The notes under the pieces are model-generated. The model saw only the letters and a list, made by a program, of their open reading frames with translations. It had not been told where the DNA came from and searched no databases. The translations under genes and the position numbers were made by a program. Shown here piece after piece: positions 17,462 to 27,465 of a DNA stretch of 64,000 nucleotides. The stretch lies in the NCBI GenBank assembly GCA_965648905.1, contig CBFGIT010000008.1, forward strand, positions 22,255 through 86,254, written 5' to 3'. Every line of letters starts with the position of its first letter. Position 1 is the first letter of the stretch. This DNA comes from a candidate division WOR-3 bacterium. Lineage in GTDB: Bacteria > Hydrothermota > Tepidihabitantia > Tepidihabitantales > Tepidihabitantaceae.

Positions 17462-18427
17462 CTAAATCGCTTCGATAGTCGACGGCGGCTTGGCCGTGAT
17501 ATTATAGGTCACGCTCACCACACCCGGCACTTCGGTCGTGATGCGTGAGGCGAGCCTCTCCAGCTTCTCGAACGGCAGACGAGTCACGGTCGCGGTGACT
17601 GCGTCCGTGCTCTCCCAGCACCGGACCTCAATCTGGTGTCCGAAGTCCCGCTTGCCTGCCCTCATGCCGGTCACCCTGTCGTTGTGCAGGATGGCAAGAA
17701 ACTGGAACGCGCCCGAGCCCTTAAGTTCCTGCTCGACAATCAGGGTCGCCTTGCGCACGACCGCAACGCGCTCGGGCGTCACCTCGCCGATGACGCGCGC
17801 GGCCAGAGCCGGGCCTGGGAACGGCGGCCGGGCAAAGATTTCTTCGGGCAGGCCGAGTTCCTTGCCCACGCGGCGAATCCCGGTCTTGCGCAGTTGCAGC
17901 ACCGGCTCAAGTACTCGGTACCCGAACGCGGCCTGGGTGTCGATGCCGAGTTGTTCGAGAATGTTGTGCTGCCGCTTCACGCCCGCGACCGTCTCCTCAA
18001 CGTCGGTCCAGTTCGTGCCCTGCAACAAGTACTTGGCCCCGCTCTCCTTCACGAGGCGACCGAACACCTTCTTGTAGAAAGTCTGAGTAATCGCCTCGCG
18101 CTTCTCCTCCGGGTCGGTCAGCCCTTCAAGCGCGGCGAAGAACTCGTCCTCGGCGTGGACCAGTTCGACCGCAACGCCCAGCTTCCTGAACACCTCGACG
18201 ATGTACTCCGGCTCGCCCTCACGCATGATGCCGTTGGCGATGAAGAAGGTCTTCAGCCGCTCGCCCAGCGCGCGGTGGCCGATCATCGTCACGACCGACG
18301 AATCCACGCCACCGGACAAGGCGTTCACGGCCCGGCCGCTTCCCACGGTCCTCTTCAGGCTCTCGACCTGCTCGGCGACAAACTGCTTCGGATTCAGCTC
18401 TTCAAGCGGTATCTCTTTGACGTTCAC
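17462..18427 (-). CDS. guaA: GMP synthase PP-ATPase subunit (archaeal-type split GuaA, subunit B)
   Basis: PP-loop ALSGGVDSSV and the GMP synthase C-terminal dimerization region. No glutamine amidotransferase domain in this ORF. Confidence 0.8.
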   Translation of the reverse strand: MNVKEIPLEELNPKQFVAEQVESLKRTVGSGRAVNALSGGVDSSVVTMIGHRALGERLKTFFIANGIMREGEPEYIVEVFRKLGVAVELVHAEDEFFAALEGLTDPEEKREAITQTFYKKVFGRLVKESGAKYLLQGTNWTDVEETVAGVKRQHNILEQLGIDTQAAFGYRVLEPVLQLRKTGIRRVGKELGLPEEIFARPPFPGPALAARVIGEVTPERVAVVRKATLIVEQELKGSGAFQFLAILHNDRVTGMRAGKRDFGHQIEVRCWESTDAVTATVTRLPFEKLERLASRITTEVPGVVSVTYNITAKPPSTIEAI

Positions 18428-18580
18428 TCTGTCTCCGTTTCGGGTTTGTTGTGCACTTGCACTAGGCTAGCCACGACCGGCGTGAGGTCAAGCATAAGAA
18501 GTAGGTGACTGTCCCTAGTTTCGTGGCGAGAAGCGGGCCGGGTGTTGCCCGGCCCGCTTGAAGGTGATGAGCGGTTTCGG

Positions 18581-21304
18581 CTAGTTGCTCTTGACCAGCT
18601 TGACCGTGCCCGAGAACTCGCCGGCCTGCATCTGCACGTAGTAGATGCCGGTGCCGACCGTCTGTCCGGCATCGTTCACGCCGTTCCACAGCAGGGCGTA
18701 GTACCCGGGCCGCTGCGCGCCGGCAAACAGAGTCCTGACCTGTCGGCCGTCCGCCGAATAGACCGTGATGCGCACGTCAACCGAGCGCGGCAGTTCGTAC
18801 CGCACGCCTGCGACCGCCGCGGACGGATTGGCGCCAAGGCTTCTGATGCTGAACCGCCTGGGCAACTCGGCTCCACCTACGACACCGGTGAGCGGAATAA
18901 CCTGAAACGAGTCCGAGACCATGTCGTTAGCCGGGTTCTCGTCGCCGGCTAGGAGCGTCCTGGCCTGAGCTGCGAACCAGCCGACCGGCTGTGCCACCCA
19001 GTTCGCAAAGCTGACCGTGTCGGTTGCCCCTGAGGCAATGGTCACTGACTGCGTGTCGGCATAGCCCGAGCTGATAAGGAACTCAACGTCAAAAGTCTCA
19101 GGCGACGAGCCGAGATTGACAACCACGGCCTGCGGCACTATCACCAGCCCTGAGTCAACCTGACCGACCGGCGCGACAATCACATGCGCAGCCACGTCGT
19201 GAGTGAGTGCGACCGGCGTGATGTCGCCGGTGATGGTCCAGGCAAACGGCTGTTTCGAGCCGGTCGCGACGTTCTGTGCGCCGACCCAGATTGCCCACTC
19301 GCCGGTGTCAGGCGCGTTGATGCGCGCGCACTCTTCGACGTTGACCGCGTCCCAGGTGCCGGGGTTGGGCTGGGACTGACCGCCCGAGTACTTGTTACCC
19401 CGGTACTCAGTGCCGCCCGGCGCGATCAGTTCGAGGTTCAGGTCGTTGACCAGTGTCGGGTTGGCGCTGGGCGCGGCCGCGGTATCGGTCCACGCCAGGC
19501 ACGCACGCAGCGGGATAGACGAGTTGACGCGGAAGCGAATCTCCTTGAACTGACCGGTGGCAAGCCCGACCGTGTCGTCCATTATCATGAGCTTGCGCTC
19601 ATCGCCCGGGAAATAGAGCACCGAGTCGGCATCGATGCGGCCCCAGCCGATGTCAAAGCTCGGGACTGTGTACGAACCGACGTTCGGGTCCGCCGACACC
19701 ATTGCCATCGAACGCAGCAGGGCCGCGCTGATATAGCTGATGCGGTTCTGCGGCTCGGGCGTGCCGGTCGGGTAGTACCCTTCCTGCAGGTAGCAGCGCA
19801 TCAGGCCGACCGTGCCGTTCGCGGTCGGCGTGGCCATCGAGGTACCGGACATCTGCGAGTAGGTGTTGGCGCCGGTGTTCCGAGCCGACCAGATGTCCAC
19901 GCCCGGGGCCACGACGTTGGGCTTGATGCGGTTGTCCTGGGTCGGGCCGCGGCTTGAGAAGCTGGCAATCGTGTTGGAGCTGGTGCCGCGATTGGTCGCG
20001 CCGATGGTCAGCACGTTCTTGGCGATGCCGGGGTTACGCAGCCGCCGGGTCGAAGTCTCGTTGCCCGCAGCCATCAGGTTCATGAAGTCCTTGTGCGCCC
20101 AGCCGAATGCGTCGGTCGAGGCGTCCTGAATCAGGTACGTTCCCTGGGTATTAGACCAGCCCCACGAGCCGGAATGCTGTTTGATTGGCCGAACCGAGTC
20201 GGGCAGAGTGCGGCCGAGGTAGACCGTGTCCCACATCGGCGTGTGGTCGGTCGGCACGAGGAACGACGTGCCGTTGGTGATGTCCACAAAGTAGTACCGC
20301 GCATCCCTGGCCATGCCGTCGTAATAGCTCGTGCCGCCGGTCACCGAGTCGTCACCACAGATACTGCCCGCCACATGGCTGCCGTGATACTGGCCTTCGC
20401 TTACGTCGGCCGAGCCGAACCGCTTGTACGCGACCACCTTGCGGTGGTCCGGCCACACTCCGGGCGGCGTGATGGCCAGCGCCGGGTCGCGGAACATGTC
20501 GTGCCCGGTATTGAGACCGGTGTCGGTCGCGGACATGATGACGCCCTGGCCGCGCACGCCGTTGCGCCATACCGGCCGCGCTGCCATGCTCGTATCCGGC
20601 GGCGACGTGGCCAGGTACCCGCTCTGCATCACCCATTGTGACGTGTTGTTGCAGAACGAGCCTTCGCGGAACTCCTGAATCCAGAACGTCTGAGACAGGC
20701 GGGCAACCGCAGCAATGTCGTCCGGCTCAAGTGCGGCCGTGATGGTCGTGCCGAAGCTCGATGTCATCTTCTCCTCCACGACACCGCCAGCAGCCTCGAT
20801 CGCATCGGTGATGGCAGTCGGGTCTTCGCCCTGCATAGCCAGGATGACCACACGCTTCATTCCGACCTCGTCGAGCAGACCGGGCTCGAGCTTGTACGCC
20901 GGCTGGAACAGCCCGACCCAGCGCACGAATGGCCGGGCCTTGGCCTGGGCGACCTGGTTCGGGTCGAGCTTGGCCAGCATCGCGTAGTGCGGCACATAAC
21001 CGAACACTCTGATGCCGTGCTCCTTTAGAGCCGAAACCCATGCCTGCTCAATCGGCCCGGTGAACTGCACGATGTAGTACTGGGTCGCCTGCCCGGTGCC
21101 GTCGAGCCTGAGTTCGGCCGGCAATGGTGGCTCGCCGGTGCGAGTGTCGATGACGTAGCCGCTTGAGAAACTGATGAAATTGGCTTCTTCTCCGGTAACC
21201 GGCTTGAACCTGCCCACCGGCCCCATGTCATACTTCGGGACGGCAAGCACCGGAACCGCCAGTACCGCAAGCAGCAGAGGTACTGCCTTTGATAGATGTC
21301 TCAT
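18581..21304 (-). CDS. Secreted subtilisin-like serine peptidase (S8) with T9SS-type C-terminal sorting domain
   Basis: Signal peptide. Asp (ATDTGLNTGHDMF), His (GSHVAGSI) and Ser (GTSMATP) catalytic motifs. C-terminal GIYYVQMQAGEFSGTVKLVKSN. Confidence 0.85.
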   Translation of the reverse strand: MRHLSKAVPLLLAVLAVPVLAVPKYDMGPVGRFKPVTGEEANFISFSSGYVIDTRTGEPPLPAELRLDGTGQATQYYIVQFTGPIEQAWVSALKEHGIRVFGYVPHYAMLAKLDPNQVAQAKARPFVRWVGLFQPAYKLEPGLLDEVGMKRVVILAMQGEDPTAITDAIEAAGGVVEEKMTSSFGTTITAALEPDDIAAVARLSQTFWIQEFREGSFCNNTSQWVMQSGYLATSPPDTSMAARPVWRNGVRGQGVIMSATDTGLNTGHDMFRDPALAITPPGVWPDHRKVVAYKRFGSADVSEGQYHGSHVAGSICGDDSVTGGTSYYDGMARDARYYFVDITNGTSFLVPTDHTPMWDTVYLGRTLPDSVRPIKQHSGSWGWSNTQGTYLIQDASTDAFGWAHKDFMNLMAAGNETSTRRLRNPGIAKNVLTIGATNRGTSSNTIASFSSRGPTQDNRIKPNVVAPGVDIWSARNTGANTYSQMSGTSMATPTANGTVGLMRCYLQEGYYPTGTPEPQNRISYISAALLRSMAMVSADPNVGSYTVPSFDIGWGRIDADSVLYFPGDERKLMIMDDTVGLATGQFKEIRFRVNSSIPLRACLAWTDTAAAPSANPTLVNDLNLELIAPGGTEYRGNKYSGGQSQPNPGTWDAVNVEECARINAPDTGEWAIWVGAQNVATGSKQPFAWTITGDITPVALTHDVAAHVIVAPVGQVDSGLVIVPQAVVVNLGSSPETFDVEFLISSGYADTQSVTIASGATDTVSFANWVAQPVGWFAAQARTLLAGDENPANDMVSDSFQVIPLTGVVGGAELPRRFSIRSLGANPSAAVAGVRYELPRSVDVRITVYSADGRQVRTLFAGAQRPGYYALLWNGVNDAGQTVGTGIYYVQMQAGEFSGTVKLVKSN

Positions 21305-21462
21305 GAACGCTCCTGTTGAGTCGCTTTACTGACCTCTTGCCGCCTGCGCTACGGCAAGACGAGAATTCGGAATCAGATATATTACATTGGACTGATGCTT
21401 CGGTCAAACGGTTCGAAACCCGGGCAGCATCATGCTCGGCCGAGCTGACCGAAGAGAAGTTG

Positions 21463-21496
21463 AGACAAAAAGCAGCCGGCCCGCTGACGGGCCGGC
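21463..21496 (-). terminator. Rho-independent terminator downstream of ftsZ
   Basis: On the minus strand: GCCGGCCCG-TCAG-CGGGCCGGC hairpin followed by TGCTTTTTGTCTC. Confidence 0.55.
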
Positions 21497-21579
21497 TCTG
21501 TCTGGCATGTCGGAGGCTATAACACGCCCGACTCGGAACTACTTACCGTTCACACACCGCTCGCCGCGTGCCGCAGCGT

Positions 21580-22731
21580 CTAGTCCATCTGCCGACGGAT
21601 GAAAGCCGGCACGTCAAGGTTGGACTTGTCCAGAGTGAGCACCGTCTCCCGGCCGACGCGCCGGCGCGTGATGGGAAACAGGTCAACGTGCTCAAGCAGG
21701 TCGGAGACATCGGCCAGTCGGGGCAATGGCTCGTTCAGCCCGGTCGCGATGAGCGTGACCTTGACCGTGTCGCGCAGGGACCGTGACCGGGCCGCGCCCA
21801 GGCGGACGTCAGCCTGACCATTGGTCGCGTGATAGACCGCAGTCGCGGCCTGGTCGACTTCTTTGAGCGTCATCGTCTCGTCACCGGTGATGTTCAGCAG
21901 CACTTTGCGCGCGGTCTCCACGGCCATGTCTTCAATCAACGGCGAGTGCAGGGCCCGCTGCGCTGCCTCGACCGCCCGGCCATCGCCGTTGGCCATGCCG
22001 ACCGACATGACCGCGCCGCCCCGCTCCGACATCACCGACCGGACGTCGGCAAAGTCGATATTGATGAGCTGGCGGGTAATGACGATTTCGGCAATGCCCC
22101 GCACCGCATCGAGCAGGACCTCATCGGCCAGCCGGAACGCCTCAAAGCAGGGCTGTTCGCCGTAGACCTCGAGCACGCGCTGGTTGGGCAGGACAATGAG
22201 CGTGTCGACGCTCGGCCGCAGGGCTTCGATACCCCCGGCGGCCTTTTCTTCGCGTGCCCGGCCTTCGAAAGTGAACGGCCGGGTGACAACCGCGACCACG
22301 AGCGCGCCCTGACGCTTCGCTTCCTGGGCGATGACCGGTGCGGCGCCTGTCCCTGTACCGCCACCCTCGCCCGCAGCGATGAAGACCATATCGAACCCGG
22401 CCAGATTCTCGCGCAGGGTCTCGATTGACTCCTCGGCGGCCTGACGTCCGATTTGCGGATTGCCGCCTGAACCCAGGCCGCCGGTCAACTGTGCGCCGAT
22501 CTGCACCTTGTTCGGCGCGAGTGACATCGAGAGTGCCTGCAGGTCGGTGTTGACCGCGTAGTGCTCGACGCCGGTCACGTTTGCGGCCATCATGTGATTG
22601 ATGGCGTTGCAGCCGGCGCCGCCGACTCCGAACACGCCAATCCGGGTGAGCGTTCGTTCCTCAACCGGTTCGATCATGCTTTGCCTCCTTTGTTTGAAAC
22701 CACTAATCAGCACCCGGCCGTCGGGCCGCAA
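21580..22731 (-). CDS. ftsZ: Cell division GTPase FtsZ
   Basis: Tubulin signature GGGTGTGAAPVIAQ and the N-terminal IGVFGVGGAGCNAINHM. Confidence 0.95.
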   Translation of the reverse strand: MRPDGRVLISGFKQRRQSMIEPVEERTLTRIGVFGVGGAGCNAINHMMAANVTGVEHYAVNTDLQALSMSLAPNKVQIGAQLTGGLGSGGNPQIGRQAAEESIETLRENLAGFDMVFIAAGEGGGTGTGAAPVIAQEAKRQGALVVAVVTRPFTFEGRAREEKAAGGIEALRPSVDTLIVLPNQRVLEVYGEQPCFEAFRLADEVLLDAVRGIAEIVITRQLINIDFADVRSVMSERGGAVMSVGMANGDGRAVEAAQRALHSPLIEDMAVETARKVLLNITGDETMTLKEVDQAATAVYHATNGQADVRLGAARSRSLRDTVKVTLIATGLNEPLPRLADVSDLLEHVDLFPITRRRVGRETVLTLDKSNLDVPAFIRRQMD

Positions 22732-22767
22732 CCAACTCCGGTGTCGTTCGCGGCCGATGGTCGAACA

Positions 22768-23988
22768 TCATACGAACCAGCTCCTGATTTCGTCCAGGAG
22801 CGAGTCCCAGAATCTTGCGCCTGGGGCCCGGGATGCCCAGCGGCCTTCCAGCCCGCCGCGGACCAGCCCGACCGCAGTGGCGAATGACGGGTCGCGGCTG
22901 ACCTCGTCCGGCCCGGACAGCCGGTCAGGACGACCGATCCGCACCGGCATTCCAAACACCTGCTCTGCCAGGACGTCAATGCCGGGAAGCAGAGCGCCGC
23001 CGCCGGTCAGAACCACGCCCGCGGCCAGACCCTCGACCAGACCGGACTTGCGCAGCTCGGCATCGGCCATGGTCAGGATTTCCTCAGCCCTTGGTTCGAT
23101 AATCGAAGCCAGCAGCCGCCGGGAAACCTGCTTGGGCCCCCGGCCTGAGGCATCCTCAACCGGAATCGACTCGTCCTTGTCCACAAGGCTGGCCATTGCC
23201 ACGCCGTGCCGGCGCTTCAGTTCCTCGGCCTGGCTGTAAGTCGTACGCACTCCGATCGCCACGTCTTTGGTGATGTTGCCCGCGCCGACCGGCAGCAGCT
23301 TCGTGAACCGGATTTCGCCGTCGCGGTAGATCGACAGGTCGGTCACACCGCCTAGGTCAACGAGCACCACCCCCTGGTCCCGGTCCTCCTGGTCACAGAC
23401 GCCGGACATCGTCGCGATCGACTGAAGCATCAGTGACCGGTTCCTGACGTCGAGCTGGTCGAGCACGCGATACAGGTTCGCCACCGCCGTGACCGCCCCG
23501 ATGATCAGCATCGCCTCGACTTCAAGCCGAACCCCAAACAGGCCCAGCGGGTTACGCACGCCTTTCTGGCCGTCAACGATGAACTGGGTCGGCACGACGT
23601 GCAGTATCTGCTCGTCGTTCGGCAGCCGGATTGTCTGGGCCTGCTTGATGACGTCCTCAACGTCGCGCGCGCTGATGCCGCGCTGGGGCCGGCGCACCGG
23701 AACCGCCCCGACTCCGGCGATGTGCTTGACGTGCTCGCCCGAGACTCCAACGTAGACCGGGTAGGCACGGAACTTGCCGCCTGAGGTCGCCTCGGCCGCC
23801 TTGACCGCGGTTTCGACCGACCCGGTCGCCTTGTCCAAATTGATAACCACGCCCTGCCTGAACCCGTCCGGCGGCGCCGTCCCGAACCCGACGATGCTCG
23901 TCTTGCCCGCGTTGTCGGTCTCGGCAATTACGACCGCCACCTTGGTACTCCCGATGTCGACTGCTGCGGTTCTCCTAACTCTTGCCAT
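22768..23988 (-). CDS. ftsA: Cell division protein FtsA
   Basis: Actin-fold ATPase. AVDIGSTKVAVVIAE and DLGGVTDLSIYRDG motifs. Confidence 0.9.
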   Translation of the reverse strand: MARVRRTAAVDIGSTKVAVVIAETDNAGKTSIVGFGTAPPDGFRQGVVINLDKATGSVETAVKAAEATSGGKFRAYPVYVGVSGEHVKHIAGVGAVPVRRPQRGISARDVEDVIKQAQTIRLPNDEQILHVVPTQFIVDGQKGVRNPLGLFGVRLEVEAMLIIGAVTAVANLYRVLDQLDVRNRSLMLQSIATMSGVCDQEDRDQGVVLVDLGGVTDLSIYRDGEIRFTKLLPVGAGNITKDVAIGVRTTYSQAEELKRRHGVAMASLVDKDESIPVEDASGRGPKQVSRRLLASIIEPRAEEILTMADAELRKSGLVEGLAAGVVLTGGGALLPGIDVLAEQVFGMPVRIGRPDRLSGPDEVSRDPSFATAVGLVRGGLEGRWASRAPGARFWDSLLDEIRSWFV

Positions 23989-24976
23989 TGAACTGCCTCC
24001 TTGGGAACGGTTGCGCCATGCCGGGAAGTATGCGCACCTCTTCTTCGAGGAGTATGCCCGTCTTTTCCTCGACCGTCGCTTTCACAATCTGAGCCAGCTC
24101 ATAGACGTCAGCGCAGCGCGCGCCCCCGGCATTGACGATGAAGTTGGCATGCTTCATCGAGACGCGCGCGCCGCCGACGCTACGGCCCTTCAGGCCGCAC
24201 TCCTCAATCAACCGGGCAGCCGGAATCCTCGGCTCAGAACCTGCCGTCCGTGACTCCGGATTCTTGAAGAATGACCCGGCCGAAGGCTCGGGCGGGTGGA
24301 TTGCCCGGCGTCGCTGCCGTACCTGGTCGGCAGTCTGACCCTGGGAAGAAACCGGTTCGAGCCGGAACCGGACCCGGGTCGCCACCAGCCCGTCGTCAAT
24401 CAACGGCTCCCGGTAGCGTACGGTCAGCTCTTCGCGCCGACGTCGCCAGGGACGACCGACGCGGTCCAGTCCGCTCACTTCGACGATAACGTCGGCGATA
24501 CACCGACCGAACGCACCGGCATTGGAAGCAAGCGCACCGCCTACGGTTCCGGGTATGCCGGCCAGAAACTCAACTCCGCCCAGCCCGGCGGCCTGAACTG
24601 CGCTAACCACATCGTCGAGCCTTGCACCAGCCCCGGCCTCGATGAATCCCGAACCCTGGCCGTCCGACCGCGGATACGCCGCACCGGATACTGGGGAAAC
24701 GTTGGCCAGAGCACCACCCAGCCTGACCACGACTCCGGCCAGACCCTGGTCCGACACGAGCACGTTCGTGCCCCGACCCAGGACCCGGCAGTCAACCAGC
24801 TCCTCATGGCAGAAGCCGAGCACACGGGCCAGGGCCGGCTCGGCTCTCACTTCGAGCATCAACTCGGCGTCGCCACCGATGCGGAAACTGGTGTGACGGG
24901 CGAGCGGCTCAGCCGGCCGAAACTCGACGTCGTCGTCGGCTAGAGCTGCTTCAAGACCTCGTCGCCAATCGTCCAT
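23975..24976 (-). CDS. murB: UDP-N-acetylenolpyruvoylglucosamine reductase MurB
   Basis: FAD-binding domain (FRIGGDAELM...LGRGTNVLVSDQG) and the MurB C-terminal domain. Confidence 0.9.
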   Translation of the reverse strand: MDDWRRGLEAALADDDVEFRPAEPLARHTSFRIGGDAELMLEVRAEPALARVLGFCHEELVDCRVLGRGTNVLVSDQGLAGVVVRLGGALANVSPVSGAAYPRSDGQGSGFIEAGAGARLDDVVSAVQAAGLGGVEFLAGIPGTVGGALASNAGAFGRCIADVIVEVSGLDRVGRPWRRRREELTVRYREPLIDDGLVATRVRFRLEPVSSQGQTADQVRQRRRAIHPPEPSAGSFFKNPESRTAGSEPRIPAARLIEECGLKGRSVGGARVSMKHANFIVNAGGARCADVYELAQIVKATVEEKTGILLEEEVRILPGMAQPFPRRQFNGKS

Positions 24977-26310
24977 ATGTTGCCTGCTCCGAGCGTCAGC
25001 ACGACGTCGCCGGCACGTAGTCGCGGCACGAGCGCCGCGGCCAGGTCGCCGAGCTCGGGAACAATCTGCACTGCCGGTTGCGGGCCGTTCCGGCGCACCG
25101 CGTCGGCAATCAGCTCCGAATCAACCCCCGGGATCTCCGGTTCGGATGCGGCGTAGATTCGAGTCAGAACCAGTTCATCGGCCGCGGCAAAACTCGGCCC
25201 GAACTCATCGGCCAGCAGCCGGGTACGAGTATAGCGGTGCGGTTGGAATACTACGATGATACGCCGGGTCGGGAAGGCATGCCGCAACGCCTCAATCGTC
25301 ACCCGTACCTCAGTCGGATGATGGCCGTAGTCATCGAACACCGTGATGCCCGACTTTTCGCCGCGTTTCTCCAACCGCCGATGCACCCCGCCAAAGACCC
25401 GCAGCGCCGCCTCAGTCACGCCCGGCTCGATGCCGAGTTCGGTCGCAACCGCAATTGCCGCCAGCGCATTCTGCACGTTGTGCAGTCCGGGCAACGGCAG
25501 ATTGAATCGGCCGACCTCCTGATTCCCGTACCGGACCGTGAAGGCAGACGAGAAGCCGTAGAGCTGCAGGTCACGGACCACAAGGTCTGCGGGCTCGCCG
25601 GTCGCGTAGGTCACGACCCGCCGCGCCACCCGCCGACGGATCGCCCGAACCGCGGGCGAGTCCAGACAGAGAATCGCGGCACCGTAGAACGGCACCCGGT
25701 TCACGAAGTGAACGAACTCGCGCTTCAGGTCGGCGAGGTCTCGATACACGTCCAGATGTTCGCGCTCGATGTTCGTGACCACGGCAATTGTCGGATAGAG
25801 GTCAAGGAACGAACGGTCACTCTCGTCTGCCTCCGCCACCAGGTACTGGGACTGGCCCAGCTTGGCCCCGGAATCGCTCGAAAGAACCCGACCGCCGACA
25901 ACCCAGGTCGGGTCCATGCCGGCACGTTCCAGCACGTGCGCCACCAGCGAAGTAACGGTCGTCTTGCCGTGGCTGCCCGAGACCGCGATCGAGAACTTCA
26001 TCCGCATCAGCTCGGCGAGCATCTCAGCCCGTCTGATAACCGGCACGCCCTGTGCGCGTGCCCGGTCGAGCTCCGGATTGCTCGAAACCACGGCCGAGGA
26101 GTACACCACAACCTGCGCGTCGGCCACGCAGGCCGCATCATGACCGATCGTGACCGCGACTCCGGCTTCGGTCAGCGCCTGAGTTGTGTCACTGGCGCGG
26201 GCGTCGCTGCCCGACACCTCGAACCCCATATTCTTGAGAACCAAGGCGATGCCCGACATACCGACCCCGCCGATGCCGACAAAGTGTACCCGCTTCACCC
26301 GACCGAACAT
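24940..26310 (-). CDS. murC: UDP-N-acetylmuramate--L-alanine ligase MurC
   Basis: VHFVGIGGVGMSGIA N-terminus. Mur ligase central domain (GSHGKTTVTSL). Confidence 0.9.
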   Translation of the reverse strand: MFGRVKRVHFVGIGGVGMSGIALVLKNMGFEVSGSDARASDTTQALTEAGVAVTIGHDAACVADAQVVVYSSAVVSSNPELDRARAQGVPVIRRAEMLAELMRMKFSIAVSGSHGKTTVTSLVAHVLERAGMDPTWVVGGRVLSSDSGAKLGQSQYLVAEADESDRSFLDLYPTIAVVTNIEREHLDVYRDLADLKREFVHFVNRVPFYGAAILCLDSPAVRAIRRRVARRVVTYATGEPADLVVRDLQLYGFSSAFTVRYGNQEVGRFNLPLPGLHNVQNALAAIAVATELGIEPGVTEAALRVFGGVHRRLEKRGEKSGITVFDDYGHHPTEVRVTIEALRHAFPTRRIIVVFQPHRYTRTRLLADEFGPSFAAADELVLTRIYAASEPEIPGVDSELIADAVRRNGPQPAVQIVPELGDLAAALVPRLRAGDVVLTLGAGNIWTIGDEVLKQL

Positions 26311-26311
26311 G

Positions 26312-27376
26312 CTAGCTCCGATGAGAGGAACATCGATTGGCCGCGCTCAACGTCGGCTCCTTTCCGCGCTCTGCCGCACAATCGCAGCCTGCCAACATCT
26401 CGATAATCCGTCCAGCAATGACCCGGGCTGCATCTGGGCGGGCCACGGTTCGGGCTGCCTGCTCCATGCGCCGACGCTTTGGCTCATCGTCCATCAGGCT
26501 GCGGATTGTGCTCGTCAGCCCGGACAGGCGGGTCTGGTCCAGAACAGAGGCTGCTCCGACCGCAGCAAGATGCTGGGCATTGGCATCCTGATGCCGATCA
26601 GTGGCATATGGAAACGGTATCAGTATCGCCGGTATGTTGAAGGCAACCAGCTCAGACAGAACCATCCCGCCCGCCCGGGAGACGCAAATCGTGGCCCGTC
26701 GATACAACTCTTCAGGCCGAGATGTGAAAGCGACCAGTTCGCAGTTCGCCGAACTGCGCCGGCCTCTGATGTAGTCATAGTCGCGGTGGCCGGTGAGGAT
26801 GATGAAGTTCAATGTGGTCAGCGCTGCCGCCGCATCGAGTGCAGCCAGGTTTAGAGCCCGCGCACCCTGACTTCCGCCCAGAACGAGCACTGTGCGACCG
26901 TCGTCGCTCCGACCGCCGGCCGCGAGCGCACCCCGCAGCGGATTACCCGTCACCTCGTAGCATCCGGGTAACGGTTTCGCCGGTACGAATCCGAGAAACG
27001 TCGCCTTTGCCCGGCGCGCAAAGAACCGTGTCACCCGACCGGGAATGCAGTTCTGCTCGAGCAGGAAGAAAGGTATGCGGCTGACCAGCGCTGCTGCAAG
27101 CACTGCTGCCGAGGCAAAGCCGCCGGTTGCCACCACCCCTTGGGGCGTGACCCGTCGCAGCAGAACCAGAGCCCGGAACAACCCGACCAGCCCGACCCAC
27201 AGCCCGAGCGCTTTGGCCCAGGCTTTCTTGCCGTAGAATCCGCGCGCCGGCAGCGACACAAACTCCACGCCGTGCTCTGCCGCCACCTGACACTCCAGCC
27301 CGCGGTCGCGCCCGACCCAGACCACCTTTGTGCCGAGCCGACGCAGCTCATCAACGAGCGCCAGGGCCGGAAACAC
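26312..27376 (-). CDS. murG: UDP-GlcNAc:undecaprenyl-PP-MurNAc-pentapeptide GlcNAc transferase MurG; the canonical GTG start truncates the G-loop (see findings)
   Basis: GT28 family (HVFPALALVDEL...). In-frame upstream codons encode RTILVAAGGTGGH with no ATG/GTG/TTG before the ftsW stop. Confidence 0.85.
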   Translation of the reverse strand: MFPALALVDELRRLGTKVVWVGRDRGLECQVAAEHGVEFVSLPARGFYGKKAWAKALGLWVGLVGLFRALVLLRRVTPQGVVATGGFASAAVLAAALVSRIPFFLLEQNCIPGRVTRFFARRAKATFLGFVPAKPLPGCYEVTGNPLRGALAAGGRSDDGRTVLVLGGSQGARALNLAALDAAAALTTLNFIILTGHRDYDYIRGRRSSANCELVAFTSRPEELYRRATICVSRAGGMVLSELVAFNIPAILIPFPYATDRHQDANAQHLAAVGAASVLDQTRLSGLTSTIRSLMDDEPKRRRMEQAARTVARPDAARVIAGRIIEMLAGCDCAAERGKEPTLSAANRCSSHRS

Positions 27377-27465
27377 ATGTCCGCCGGTCCCGCCGGCTGC
27401 GACGAGAATCGTTCGCTCGACTCCACGGTCAGCCGATTCCCGGTCCTGGGGTCGAGGGGTCGGTG

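Noticed and set aside
25078-26406. 442-aa plus-strand ORF
   Set aside because: Antisense to murC. Same class of shadow ORFs as 6499..7644 (opposite the NfnB-like gene), 9108..10133 (opposite MBL), 41303..42676 (opposite thrS), 49393..50160 (opposite tdh) and 52478..53305 (opposite citF).
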